Assembly (NCBI GenBank): GCA_044222185.1
Contig: JBGANV010000003.1
Span: 224,001 to 288,000, forward strand
DNA: 64,000 nucleotides
Origin: Planctomycetota bacterium
Lineage (GTDB): Bacteria; Planctomycetota; GCA-002687715; CAIWVZ01
Reading direction: 5' to 3'
Below are positions 10,773 through 20,221 of this stretch, in pieces. Made by a program: the position numbers and the translations under genes. How positions within the stretch are numbered: position 1 is the first letter of the stretch; each line of letters opens with the position of its first letter. The notes under the pieces are model-generated. The model did not search any database. It was not told the origin of the DNA and worked only from the letters and a program-made list of their open reading frames with translations.

Positions 10773-11789
10773 GTGATCGCGATCCTCGCCTTCGTCACGT
10801 TCCTCTGCGCCCCACCGCAAGCACCCCTCGCATCGCCGGCGTGGGAACCGGCGCTTCGCCAGACCATCGCGTTGCCCGACGTGGAGGGGCGAATCGACCA
10901 CATGGCGTTCGACCCGAAGACCAGGCGGCTGTTCATCGCCGCCCTCGGGAACGGCACGCTCGAGGTCGTCGACACCGTGAAGGGCGAACGGATCAGGAGC
11001 ATCCGCGGCTTGAAGGAACCCCAGGGCGCCGTGCTCGTACCGCGTGCCGGACAGGTCGTCATCGCCAGCGGCGGCGACGGCACCCTTCGCGCGTACGACG
11101 TCGAGACGCTGGCCGAGGTCCGCCGCATCGACGTCGGCGACGACGCCGACAACGTCCGCCTGACCGATGACGGGGGCCAGCTCGTCGTCGGAACCGGGAA
11201 GGGAGCGCTCGTCCTCGTGGACGCCCGCGCGTTCCAGAAGATCGGAGAGATCCCGCTGCCGGCTCACCCGGAGTCCTTCCAGCTCGAGCCTGGAACGACC
11301 CGTGTCTTCGTGAACGTCCCCGATCACAAGAACGGAGGCGGTTCCGTGCTCGTCGTCGATCGCGCGGCGCGGCAGATAACGGCGACCTGGACGATCAAGG
11401 ACGCCGAGAGCAACTTCCCCATGGCGTTGGACGCCGCACGAAAGCGCCTCTACGTGGGGTGCCGCAAGCCGGCACGTCTCGGGGTGATCGACACGGCGAC
11501 CGGTGCCACGCTCGGGTCACCGGAGTGCGTCGGAGACCTGGACGACGTCTTCGTCGACACCGCGACGAGCAGCGTGCTCCTCATCGGTGGAGGCGGGGCG
11601 CTCGACGTCTTCGGCGCGGGCGACGCTCCCCGATGGGAGCGGATGGCGTCGGTGGCCACCTCCGATGGGGCGCGCACCGGACTGCTCGTCGAAGCGGCGC
11701 GGACCGTGTTCGTCGCCTGCCCGAAGCGCGGCACGAACGGCGCGGCGATCCGCCAATACTCACTACCCGCCGCCGACTCGCGGCGCTGA
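10773..11789 (+). CDS. Secreted YncE/YVTN-type beta-propeller protein
   Basis: Signal peptide; GRIDHMAFDP, DADNVR, HPESFQLE, NFPMALD repeats. Confidence 0.8.
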   Translation: MIAILAFVTFLCAPPQAPLASPAWEPALRQTIALPDVEGRIDHMAFDPKTRRLFIAALGNGTLEVVDTVKGERIRSIRGLKEPQGAVLVPRAGQVVIASGGDGTLRAYDVETLAEVRRIDVGDDADNVRLTDDGGQLVVGTGKGALVLVDARAFQKIGEIPLPAHPESFQLEPGTTRVFVNVPDHKNGGGSVLVVDRAARQITATWTIKDAESNFPMALDAARKRLYVGCRKPARLGVIDTATGATLGSPECVGDLDDVFVDTATSSVLLIGGGGALDVFGAGDAPRWERMASVATSDGARTGLLVEAARTVFVACPKRGTNGAAIRQYSLPAADSRR

Positions 11790-11794
11790 CCTCC

Positions 11795-13342
11795 TCAGAG
11801 CAGGATCGTCGAGACGGTGATGTTGCTGGCTCCGACGAACTGGCCAGTCGTGTCGCTGATCGTCGCGACCTGCGTGTGGAACACGGTGCCCGCGAATCCG
11901 GGAGGCACCGTCAGGTTCAGTGAACCGACGCCCACGGCGCTCAGGGGACCGCTCACGAGCGGAATGAAGTTCTGCAGAACGTTGAACCCCAGGTACGACA
12001 TCGTCGTTCCGTCGAAGGCGATCACGAGCACGTAGGTGTCGTTGGCGCCGCCGGCGAAGTGGGCGGAGAACGGGCCGTTCGACAGGAGCGTCGCCGTCGC
12101 AGTCAGCAGCGGCGGGTTCACCTCCACGTACGTGAAGCTCGCCGGGGCACTCGTGCCCGTCGGCCCCGTCACGGTGACCGAGTTGCCCCCGAGCGCCTGC
12201 GCCGTCGGCGCGCTGAACGTGATCGTCGTCGGGTTCACGATGGAGAACCCGAGGGGCGCGTTCAGGACGGTCCCACCGAAGTTGACCGACGTTGCTCCGG
12301 CGAAATTCGCGCCCGCCAGCGTCACCACTCCGCCCCCGAACGCGGCGACGGATGACGGCGTGACGGACGTCACGCTGGGTGGAATCTGGTTGAGCGTGAT
12401 GGGGAACGCGTTCGACAGCAGGGCCGATCCGGGCTCCCACACCAGGACGTTCCCGCTGACCGCCGCGGCCGGAATCGTCACGGCGACCGACGTTCCACCT
12501 GCGGACGTGGGTACGTTCGCGACGACGCCTGGGATCGTTCCCGTGTTCGTCGACGTCCGCGCCGTGAACTTCACGTTCACGGTCCCCGCGAAGTGCGCGC
12601 CCGAGATCAACAGTGTCCCGCCCGTGGCGAACGAGCCGCCGAGTCCCGTGATGACGGGCTTGGTCAGCGGAACCGCCCCGTAGACGGCCTGGAGACCCGC
12701 CTGATCGTCCGCGCGGATCACCCGCTGGCTCGACCCGTTTCCACACACGAACGCGCACATCGAGGGCGACGTCGTGCAGCCCGCGGTCGGGCAGTTCACC
12801 GTCTGGCTGTGCCCCAGTCCGAGCGCGTGTCCGAGTTCGTGCGTGAGGACGCCTCGCAAATCGATCTGCGTGCCCGAGGGGGTCCCCGTTCCGCCGTACC
12901 ACACCCACGACGACTCGCAGACGAGGATGCGCCAGCCGTTGTCGACCGGCGTCTCCGTGTAGGCGAGCGTTCCGCCGCTGCAGCCGGTGTTCCCGAAGCT
13001 GATGGTGTTGTCGTCCGGGTTCGAAGCCGTGGCCGAGCCCTGCCAATCGAAGTCGAAGTTGCGAGCGGCCGTGGACGTGTCCGATGCCCAGGCCTTGGCC
13101 CCCTTCCACGCAGCCAGCGCAGCGCCGCTGGCATCAGGGAACGCGGGATCCGTCGCACCGGCCGGGTTCGCGGATGGATCGAGTGCGTTGTTCCAGACGC
13201 GCAGGTCACGTTGGTACCCGTTGCCGCCGGCGGAAACGCCCAGGCTCTGGCCGAGCGTCGTGTAGGCCAGGATGATCCCTGGCGCGGCGACGACGGCGGT
13301 CGCGACGATGAGAGCGGTGACGGAAGTGGTGCGGTGCTTCAT
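11795..13342 (-). CDS. Secreted matrixin (M10-like metzincin) with IPT/TIG domains and shared C-terminal domain
   Basis: HELGHALGLGHS zinc motif, Met-turn PSMCA, DDQAGLQAVYG; IPT repeats (PSVTSVTPSS...VTLAGANF); signal peptide. Confidence 0.88.
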   Translation of the reverse strand: MKHRTTSVTALIVATAVVAAPGIILAYTTLGQSLGVSAGGNGYQRDLRVWNNALDPSANPAGATDPAFPDASGAALAAWKGAKAWASDTSTAARNFDFDWQGSATASNPDDNTISFGNTGCSGGTLAYTETPVDNGWRILVCESSWVWYGGTGTPSGTQIDLRGVLTHELGHALGLGHSQTVNCPTAGCTTSPSMCAFVCGNGSSQRVIRADDQAGLQAVYGAVPLTKPVITGLGGSFATGGTLLISGAHFAGTVNVKFTARTSTNTGTIPGVVANVPTSAGGTSVAVTIPAAAVSGNVLVWEPGSALLSNAFPITLNQIPPSVTSVTPSSVAAFGGGVVTLAGANFAGATSVNFGGTVLNAPLGFSIVNPTTITFSAPTAQALGGNSVTVTGPTGTSAPASFTYVEVNPPLLTATATLLSNGPFSAHFAGGANDTYVLVIAFDGTTMSYLGFNVLQNFIPLVSGPLSAVGVGSLNLTVPPGFAGTVFHTQVATISDTTGQFVGASNITVSTILL

Positions 13343-13346
13343 GGGA

Positions 13347-13928
13347 TCACCGCTTCTTCGTCGTCGCGACGGTTTGGAGGACTTCCTGGCGGGCATCCGC
13401 CAGGCTCTTGTTGTCGGGGAACGCCGCGCCGCCGCCCTGCCCGAGGATCACCTCGCGCGGGCCCGTCCGCGTGTCGACGGATTCGATGCGGTAGACCTCG
13501 GCGAACGACGGAACGAGCCACGGCACGTCGCTCGGAAGATCGACGGTCGCCGGACGCCTGGCCAGGAAGAGGAGTAGTTTCCGCCCCGGCTTCATGTCCT
13601 CGGGCGACGGCGTGATCGACGTGGACCGCGCGCCGGGGCGAACGCCGCCACGCATGGCGACGCGCGTCACTCCGTTCGTGGCGCCCGTGACCAGCGACTC
13701 GGCGACCCGCAGGTCGGCGATCGTCCACGTGAAGGCGTACCCGTCGGGCTCGACGAGGTCCACCTCGCGAACGTCCACGACCGTGGCGATGACGATCTCG
13801 TCGCCGGCCATCCCGACCTGCTCGGAGAGGTTGCGGGGAATGACACACGCAATGGCGACCGGAACCAGAACGGCGATCGCCGCAAGGGCGACGAATGGAC
13901 CAGGCCACATCCTCGATCGACTCTGCAT
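13347..13928 (-). CDS. Secreted hypothetical protein resembling a metalloprotease-associated pro/accessory domain
   Basis: Signal peptide, then LSEQVGMAGDEIVIATV...WTIADLRVAESL...RGG...PGRKLLLFL; stop lies 4 nt before the matrixin start. Confidence 0.6.
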   Translation of the reverse strand: MQSRSRMWPGPFVALAAIAVLVPVAIACVIPRNLSEQVGMAGDEIVIATVVDVREVDLVEPDGYAFTWTIADLRVAESLVTGATNGVTRVAMRGGVRPGARSTSITPSPEDMKPGRKLLLFLARRPATVDLPSDVPWLVPSFAEVYRIESVDTRTGPREVILGQGGGAAFPDNKSLADARQEVLQTVATTKKR

Positions 13929-14230
13929 GGAAGCTTCACCCCGTCGCGTGTTCCGTCCGTGGGCGATGGCGGACGTGGACACAGTGCCGGAAAATCTACC
14001 CGCCTGGCTCGATCCGGGCCAAAAGTGTTTTCGAGCCGGAGCAGAGGCTGTCTCGACGATCCGGCACTCCGAGCGACCACGACGCACGCGGCGGTGTTGC
14101 CGTCGGAGCGCCCGCCGGGCCTTCGGCGAACTTGCAGGTGTCAAATCGGGCTGCACCGACGCGGCGAAGATCCCGAGTGAGACTGCGCGTTTCCCGCGGA
14201 AGTCCGGCGTGGAACGAGTCGCGCCCCGAA

Positions 14231-14246
14231 CGGCATTCCGATTGCA
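14231..14246 (+). promoter_or_regulatory. Putative sigma54 (-24/-12) promoter
   Basis: CGGCATTCCGATTGCA: GG-N10-GC with TTGCA, about 57 nt upstream of ATG 14303. Confidence 0.6.
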
Positions 14247-14302
14247 TCGTGCCTGTCGCTTCGCCCCGCGATCCCCCACGTGAGGACCTCCCAAGGTGAA
14301 CG

Positions 14303-16240
14303 ATGGAAGCCCAGACGAGTTCGCATCCAAATCGCATCCCTCGATCGGCGCTCATGCTCGCCTGCGCCGCGCTGTGCCTCGCACCGAGTCGGGCGCAGTG
14401 CCCAGCCGTCGCGGGGCTGTTCTCCGCATCGGCGTCGACGACGCCCACGCAGTCGGCCACCACCCTCGCGACGGCTGACTTCAACGACGACGGCGTTCCC
14501 GACCTGCTCGTCGGCGGCTTCTCGAACATCTTCCAGGTCCTGCTCGGGACCGGCTCGGGCACGTTCCTCCCCCCCATCAGCGTGCCGTTGCCTGGAGGAA
14601 TCTTCGGGCGATTCGCCGCCGCCGGTGACATCAACGGTGATGGCATCGTGGACCTCGCGGCCGGAGGTGCCGTGTCGACGGTTGGACCGGGCCTCGTCTC
14701 CATCCTCTACGGCGTGGGGTCGAGCGGCGTCGGCACCGGCACGTTCTCCGTCGGCCCCATCATCAACCTCCTCCCCGCGCCCGGGTTCAGCAGCGTGGGG
14801 TCGCCGTATTCCGTCCGGATCGCGGACCTGAACAACGACGGGATCCCCGACATCATCGGCGTCAACACGGGGTCGATCTCCGTGCATCTCGGCCAGGGGA
14901 CGGCAGGGCGCTCGAACGGGACGTACCTCGCGCTTCCGGCGGTCGCACTCGCGGGAGGCGCGTCCTACGACCTCGCGGTTCGCGACTTCAACGGCGACGG
15001 AATTCTCGACGCCGCGATCATCCATGGCGCCGGATCCATGGAGGTACTCATCGGCCAGGGCGCGAACGGCGTAGGAACGGGCGTCCTCGTCTCGACGCAG
15101 GTGATTCCCATCGCCGTCAGCGGGTTGCTCACCATGGTCGCTGCGGATTTCGACGGCGATCAGATCCTCGACCTGGCCGTGCCGGACGGAGCGAGCACCG
15201 GCAGCGTCCTCGTGTTCCGCGGCGCCGGAACGGGCGGAATCGGGAACGGGACCTTCGCGGCCCCGACGGCCTACCCCGTGGGCAATTATCCGTCGTTCGT
15301 GCGAGCGGCCGACTTCAACGGCGACGGCATCGCGGACCTCCTCGTCGACCGGCAGACGGCGATCACGACGGGCGGCAACCACGCCGTGTCCCTGCTCATC
15401 TCCCAGCCGCCGGGCGGGTTCGCGCCATACATCGGACTCGTCGCCGCGGGTGGAGGTCTTCCGTGGGGCAACGTGGCACTCGACCTGAACGGCGACCGTG
15501 CGCCTGACATTTCGATCGCAAAGCAGATCGGGCAGATCGACACGTTGTTCGGCACGTGCGTCCAGACGTCGTCGGCGGTTCCGGGCGTGATCACCCCCGC
15601 GCCGGGCGTGACCTGGGCGGCGGGTTCGAACCAGACGATCTCGTGGACGAAGCCGAGCTTCGTTCCCACGGTCGACGTGGAAGTCTCCCGAGACGGCGGC
15701 GTGAACTGGGAGATGATCGTCGAATCGTCGACGAAGACTTCCTACGTGTGGCACGTCACCAACCCGTCGTCCACGCGCGGGATGATTCGGGTGAGAGACT
15801 CTGCCGCCTGGAGTCGCGCGGGCACGTCGCAGCTCTTCAGCATCGCGGGTGCGTGGACGCCGTCCGCGACGGCTTTCGGGACGGGATGCGGACTGTCGAT
15901 TCCCGCACTTTCGCTCAACACGCCACTCATCGGGTTCCCCGTCATCATCACGCTCTCGGGCGCGACGGCCTCCGCCCCAGCCGCGTTGTTCGCAGGGGTG
16001 CCGGCGAACGTGCCGCAGGTCATCGGACCCGGCTGCAGCCTGGCGTTCGATCCGTCGACGGCCGTGCCCGTGGTCGACTTCGCGACGGACGCCGCCGGCG
16101 GTTGGTCCCTGGCATTCCCTCTGCCGCTCGAACCGCGACTCGTCGGCCTCGACATCGGCCTGCAGGCCGCCGTCATCGCGCCGGCGACGCCCCCGGGATT
16201 CCAGGTGTCTGCGGGCGTGCGCGCGCTCATCGGCTACTGA
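14303..16240 (+). CDS. Secreted FG-GAP/VCBS repeat (adhesin-like) protein with shared C-terminal domain
   Basis: About seven D(F/I/L)(N/D)xDG-type repeats; Ig-like module (QTISW...VSRDGGVNW...YVW); signal peptide. Confidence 0.88.
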   Translation: MEAQTSSHPNRIPRSALMLACAALCLAPSRAQCPAVAGLFSASASTTPTQSATTLATADFNDDGVPDLLVGGFSNIFQVLLGTGSGTFLPPISVPLPGGIFGRFAAAGDINGDGIVDLAAGGAVSTVGPGLVSILYGVGSSGVGTGTFSVGPIINLLPAPGFSSVGSPYSVRIADLNNDGIPDIIGVNTGSISVHLGQGTAGRSNGTYLALPAVALAGGASYDLAVRDFNGDGILDAAIIHGAGSMEVLIGQGANGVGTGVLVSTQVIPIAVSGLLTMVAADFDGDQILDLAVPDGASTGSVLVFRGAGTGGIGNGTFAAPTAYPVGNYPSFVRAADFNGDGIADLLVDRQTAITTGGNHAVSLLISQPPGGFAPYIGLVAAGGGLPWGNVALDLNGDRAPDISIAKQIGQIDTLFGTCVQTSSAVPGVITPAPGVTWAAGSNQTISWTKPSFVPTVDVEVSRDGGVNWEMIVESSTKTSYVWHVTNPSSTRGMIRVRDSAAWSRAGTSQLFSIAGAWTPSATAFGTGCGLSIPALSLNTPLIGFPVIITLSGATASAPAALFAGVPANVPQVIGPGCSLAFDPSTAVPVVDFATDAAGGWSLAFPLPLEPRLVGLDIGLQAAVIAPATPPGFQVSAGVRALIGY

Positions 16241-16334
16241 CGCGGGAGCCGGGCACGCGCCACCGCACGCGAGGACTCTCGGCGAGCGGCAGCTGCCGCG
16301 GCGCAGGCGTCATCGCGCGCAACTGCCGCCAGCC

Positions 16335-16685
16335 CTACTCCCTCTCGTTGGCCCAGGCGAGCAGCCGCCAGCGTCCCTCCGCGTCCTTCACGAACAGGCG
16401 CGCGTTGAGGAATCGGTCCGCCCCGATCGCGACGCGACACGTGACCAGGGCCCGCATCTGGCCGAGAGTCTGGACGTCGATCGATCGCGAGTCACAGGTT
16501 CGCGCACCGCCGGCCTTCAGCGCATCGAGGAATTCTCCGCGCGGGACGACCGAAGCGTTCGCCCGGCGAAAGGCAAAGGCTCCGGCGAGGCGTTCTTCGA
16601 AGAACGTCCGGTTTCCGGCGTTCTCCTCGTCCGTGAATCGCTCGTTCAGCGCCCGCAGGTCGAGTTCGTTTTCAGGATCGGACAT
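16335..16685 (-). CDS. NTF2/SnoaL-like (DUF4440-type) small protein
   Basis: 116 aa from MSDPENEL; helix-helix-beta pattern ending ARLFVKDAEGRWRLLAW; GGAGG RBS upstream. Confidence 0.6.
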   Translation of the reverse strand: MSDPENELDLRALNERFTDEENAGNRTFFEERLAGAFAFRRANASVVPRGEFLDALKAGGARTCDSRSIDVQTLGQMRALVTCRVAIGADRFLNARLFVKDAEGRWRLLAWANERE

Positions 16686-16891
16686 CGAGCCTCCTCTGCG
16701 GCGACGGCGATCGACGAGCCAGGGAGCCCTGACTCGGTGCCCCGTCATCAGACGACGCGCCCCACCGCGCTGGGGGCCGGTGGCCGCCGCACCGTGCCGC
16801 GTCCGTTCGTTCGAGCGTCGATCTTGGCGCGAAGGTGACACGGACGCGGCGAGCCCATGTGTTTCGCGCATCGCGGCGGTGACACCGCGAA

Positions 16892-19800
16892 CTACCGGCG
16901 AGATTCGGTGCTCGGGGCGGCCTCCACCTCTCGAAGCACTGCCGCGTCCGACACGAGTCGCGCAGCCGATCGCAGGTCGTCCATGACGAAGCGGTGGATC
17001 AGGAAGTCGGTGTCGGCGGCGACGCCAGCCGCGATCGGTCGCAGGGCCGCGAGGGCGGCGCGGATTCGCTCCGTTCGGGTCGCGTCGGACAGACCTGGCG
17101 CGAGCGCGGAGTCGGCGATCACGCAGGGGTGACCGGGTGCAGCGGCGAGCGCTCCCGCCTTCGCTCCATCGAAGTCGCTGCGGTACTCCGTCGCGAACCC
17201 CTCGCGCATGGCGAAGGCCTGGCGTCCGTGGACCCACGCGGTCACGGGGTCCGACGACCCGAGGACGAACATAAGGTTGAGGTGCGACTCGGGGAGCGGT
17301 CGCGGACACGTGACGGCTCGCAAGTACGCCGCAGCCGCTTCATCGGCCTCGTCGCGGTGCGCATGGGCGCTGCCCAGGGCGTTCCACGATCGTGGATCGT
17401 TCGGGTCGGCTACGGTCGCCTGCTCCGCCGCCGCGACCGCTTCGCTCGTCTGCCCAGTCGCGTCGAGGAGGGTCGACATGTTGAAGAGCGCGTCGGCCCG
17501 ACCCGGGTGGACCTCCAGCACGCGTTTGTAGAACGCGATCGAGCGCGACGGATCGGTGGGCATGAGCAGCAGCGCGAGGTTGAAGAGCGCGGGCTCCAGC
17601 CGGGGGTTGCTCTCCAGCGCCTCGGCGTAGCGACGCTCGGCGGCCTCGCGCTCGCCGAGCGCGTGGTGGAGCGATCCGAGGATGACGAGCGCATCGGGGA
17701 AATGCGGCTTCAGCTCGAGCGCCCGCTCGGCGGCCGTCCGCGCGCCATCGAAGTCCTTCAGGTTGCGCCGCGCGTTGCCGAGCATGGACCACGCGATCGG
17801 CGAATCGGGCCGCAACGCGACGGCCTCGGTCAGCACGTCGCGGGCATCCGCATCACGAAACAGGCGGATCAGCGCCGCGCCCAGGTTGACGCGCGCGTCG
17901 AACTGTTTGGGCGCGAGTTCGATGGCGCGCCGGCATGCGGCCTCGGCATCGGCGTAGCGGCGCTCTTCCACGAAGACCGTGCCGAGAGAGCTCCACGCTT
18001 CCGGGAAATCGGGTTGGATCTCGATGGCGTGCTGGAGAAGCGCGATCGCCTCGCCCCGGCGTGACTGATCGGCGCGGACGGCGGCGAGTTGCGCCAGCGT
18101 CACGGCCCACTCGCGCGGGCCGCGGTCGCGAGCCATCGCCTCGGCCTCGACGGCGGCCCGCTCCGCCTCCGCCAGGAGCCCGGCCCTGCGCAGGTGCACC
18201 GAGTACCGACCGAGCCGCGCAGGCGTCGAGATGGCGGTCGTCGCGCGGAACCGTCCCGCGAACGCCAACGCTGCGCGGTAGTCCTGCAAGCGCGACGCCT
18301 CCTCGGCGGCGAACCAGGCCAGGCCCGGTGCCAGCTCCTCGCGCTCCATGGCGGACTCGAGCCGCTGGAGCGCTTCGAGGTGCCGGCCGCGGGCCGAGAG
18401 CAGCAGCGCCTGCGCCAGGTCGAACTCGGACGCGAACCCCATCGGGTCCGGCCCCGCGGTGCGAGGACGACTCTCCGCGCGGCTCTCCGGCCGCGACTCG
18501 CTGCCGTCGATGAGGGCCGCGATCGCCGTCCAGGAGTCGTCGGGGACTCGGCGCGAGAAATCGTCGACGACGCTCCGCGCCAGGTCCGTGCGTCCACTCC
18601 GGACGTGGACGCCGATCAAGAGGATCGCCGCGCGGAGGTTCGTCGGGTCCGCGTCCAGGATGGTCTTCAAGGCGTTCGTTGCGAGCCGTCCATCGGGATC
18701 GCTGTCCACGTCGAGCGCCAGCGTCTCCGCGTCGATCTCCGCTTCGAGCCGGACGATCTGCTGCTGAATCATCGGGAATTCGATGTGTCCCTCGGAGACT
18801 TCGGAGACCTCGGCCGCGAGGCGGAGCACGCCGCGCGCGGCACTCGGGTCACGCCGCGCGATCGCCAGCTCGGCTTCCACGAACCGCCGGCCGGTGATTT
18901 CGAGCAGGCGCCGCATGTCCATGACCTGCTGGGTCACGAGGCCCGCGACCGTGGGCAGTCCGATGGCGAGGACGACGGCGAGCGCCGCGACGGCGGGCCG
19001 TCGCCGGACGAACTTCGCGATCTGGCTGAAGACGCTCGGCGCCCGCGCGACGATGGGGCGGATCTCGAGGACGGCGCGTAGATCGTCGGCGAGCGCTCCG
19101 GCGGTCGCGTAACGGCGTGCCGGGCTCTTCTCGAGCGCCGTGGCGACGACGACGGCCAAATCGCGCGGGAGCCGCCGCACGATGCGATTCACGGGAGCGG
19201 GGTCCTCCGTGAGGATCTGCTGATACAGCGCGTCGCGCGTCGGCGCCGTGAACGGATGGCGGCCCGCGATCCCCTCGTAGAGCATGACGCCCAGCGCCCA
19301 CACGTCGATGCGGCGATCGCTTCGCAGGCCGCCGCCGCGAATCTGCTCGGGCGCCATGTACTGTGGCGTGCCCAGCACCTGTCCCGTACGAGTCAGGCTG
19401 GCGCCGACGGCGTCGCGCAGGTCGTGAGCGAGCCCGAAGTCGAGGACGACCGGCGTCCCGTCGGGCGTGACCATGACGTTCGTCGGCTTGAGGTCGCAGT
19501 GGACGACCCCGGCTTCGTGGGCCGCGTGGACCGCTCTCGCCAGCGTCTCGATCCGCTCGACCGGACGTCGCCACGATTCACGGCCGGCCTCCGAGCGCGC
19601 GGACGCGCCGGCCGTGTCCGACGATTCGTGCGCTGCCGCCATCTCGTCGCGGAGCGTACGCCCGGGGACGAATCGCATGGCGATCCACAGTTGGCCGTCC
19701 CATTCGCCGGTGGCGAGCACGCCGCAGAGGTTGGGATGATCGAGACGGGACGCCACTTCCGCCTCGCGCTGGAAGCGCAGGCGCATTTCCGGATCGGCGG

Positions 19801-20110
19801 CGACACCCCGCGGCAGAACCTTGAGGGCGACCTGGCGCCGGAGCGACGAGTCCTCGGCGAGGTAGACGGTGCCCATCCCGCCCGAGCCCAGCTCGCGAAT
19901 CACCCGATAGGGTCCGATGACGACCGGCGCCGGTCCCCGATCGCCGTGGGGCGGTGCGCCCGTGATCTCCGTCGCTGGCGTGGATGCGTCCGCAGGAGTC
20001 GGCGCGTCGACACCCGAGGGGCGCACGACGAGCGTCGGCTCGGCCTGCGAAGGCGACGAGGCGGGCGGCTTTGCGCCGGGGGTGTCCGGGGTTTTCGGAT
20101 CGGGCGCCAT
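16892..20110 (-). CDS. Membrane Ser/Thr protein kinase with C-terminal TPR repeats
   Basis: LGSGGMGTVY, VALKVL, HCDLKPTN, DFGLA, GTPQYMAPE; TM segment; multiple TPRs (PEAWSSLG, PDALVILG, PRSWNALG). Confidence 0.92.
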   Translation of the reverse strand: MAPDPKTPDTPGAKPPASSPSQAEPTLVVRPSGVDAPTPADASTPATEITGAPPHGDRGPAPVVIGPYRVIRELGSGGMGTVYLAEDSSLRRQVALKVLPRGVAADPEMRLRFQREAEVASRLDHPNLCGVLATGEWDGQLWIAMRFVPGRTLRDEMAAAHESSDTAGASARSEAGRESWRRPVERIETLARAVHAAHEAGVVHCDLKPTNVMVTPDGTPVVLDFGLAHDLRDAVGASLTRTGQVLGTPQYMAPEQIRGGGLRSDRRIDVWALGVMLYEGIAGRHPFTAPTRDALYQQILTEDPAPVNRIVRRLPRDLAVVVATALEKSPARRYATAGALADDLRAVLEIRPIVARAPSVFSQIAKFVRRRPAVAALAVVLAIGLPTVAGLVTQQVMDMRRLLEITGRRFVEAELAIARRDPSAARGVLRLAAEVSEVSEGHIEFPMIQQQIVRLEAEIDAETLALDVDSDPDGRLATNALKTILDADPTNLRAAILLIGVHVRSGRTDLARSVVDDFSRRVPDDSWTAIAALIDGSESRPESRAESRPRTAGPDPMGFASEFDLAQALLLSARGRHLEALQRLESAMEREELAPGLAWFAAEEASRLQDYRAALAFAGRFRATTAISTPARLGRYSVHLRRAGLLAEAERAAVEAEAMARDRGPREWAVTLAQLAAVRADQSRRGEAIALLQHAIEIQPDFPEAWSSLGTVFVEERRYADAEAACRRAIELAPKQFDARVNLGAALIRLFRDADARDVLTEAVALRPDSPIAWSMLGNARRNLKDFDGARTAAERALELKPHFPDALVILGSLHHALGEREAAERRYAEALESNPRLEPALFNLALLLMPTDPSRSIAFYKRVLEVHPGRADALFNMSTLLDATGQTSEAVAAAEQATVADPNDPRSWNALGSAHAHRDEADEAAAAYLRAVTCPRPLPESHLNLMFVLGSSDPVTAWVHGRQAFAMREGFATEYRSDFDGAKAGALAAAPGHPCVIADSALAPGLSDATRTERIRAALAALRPIAAGVAADTDFLIHRFVMDDLRSAARLVSDAAVLREVEAAPSTESRR

Positions 20111-20221
20111 GGGATCGAGTCCACTCGAAGCATGGGGACTCTACCCTGCATCGCGCGCCCGGGAGGGGCGCGCCGCATGGCGCCGCGATCGACCCGGTGC
20201 GCCCGGGCCGTCGCAAATCGA

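Noticed and set aside
14470-15510. Spaced GACTTCAACGGCGACGG-like DNA repeats, possible CRISPR or diversity-generating array
   Set aside because: They encode FG-GAP protein repeats in frame; spacing is irregular and there are no cas or reverse transcriptase genes.
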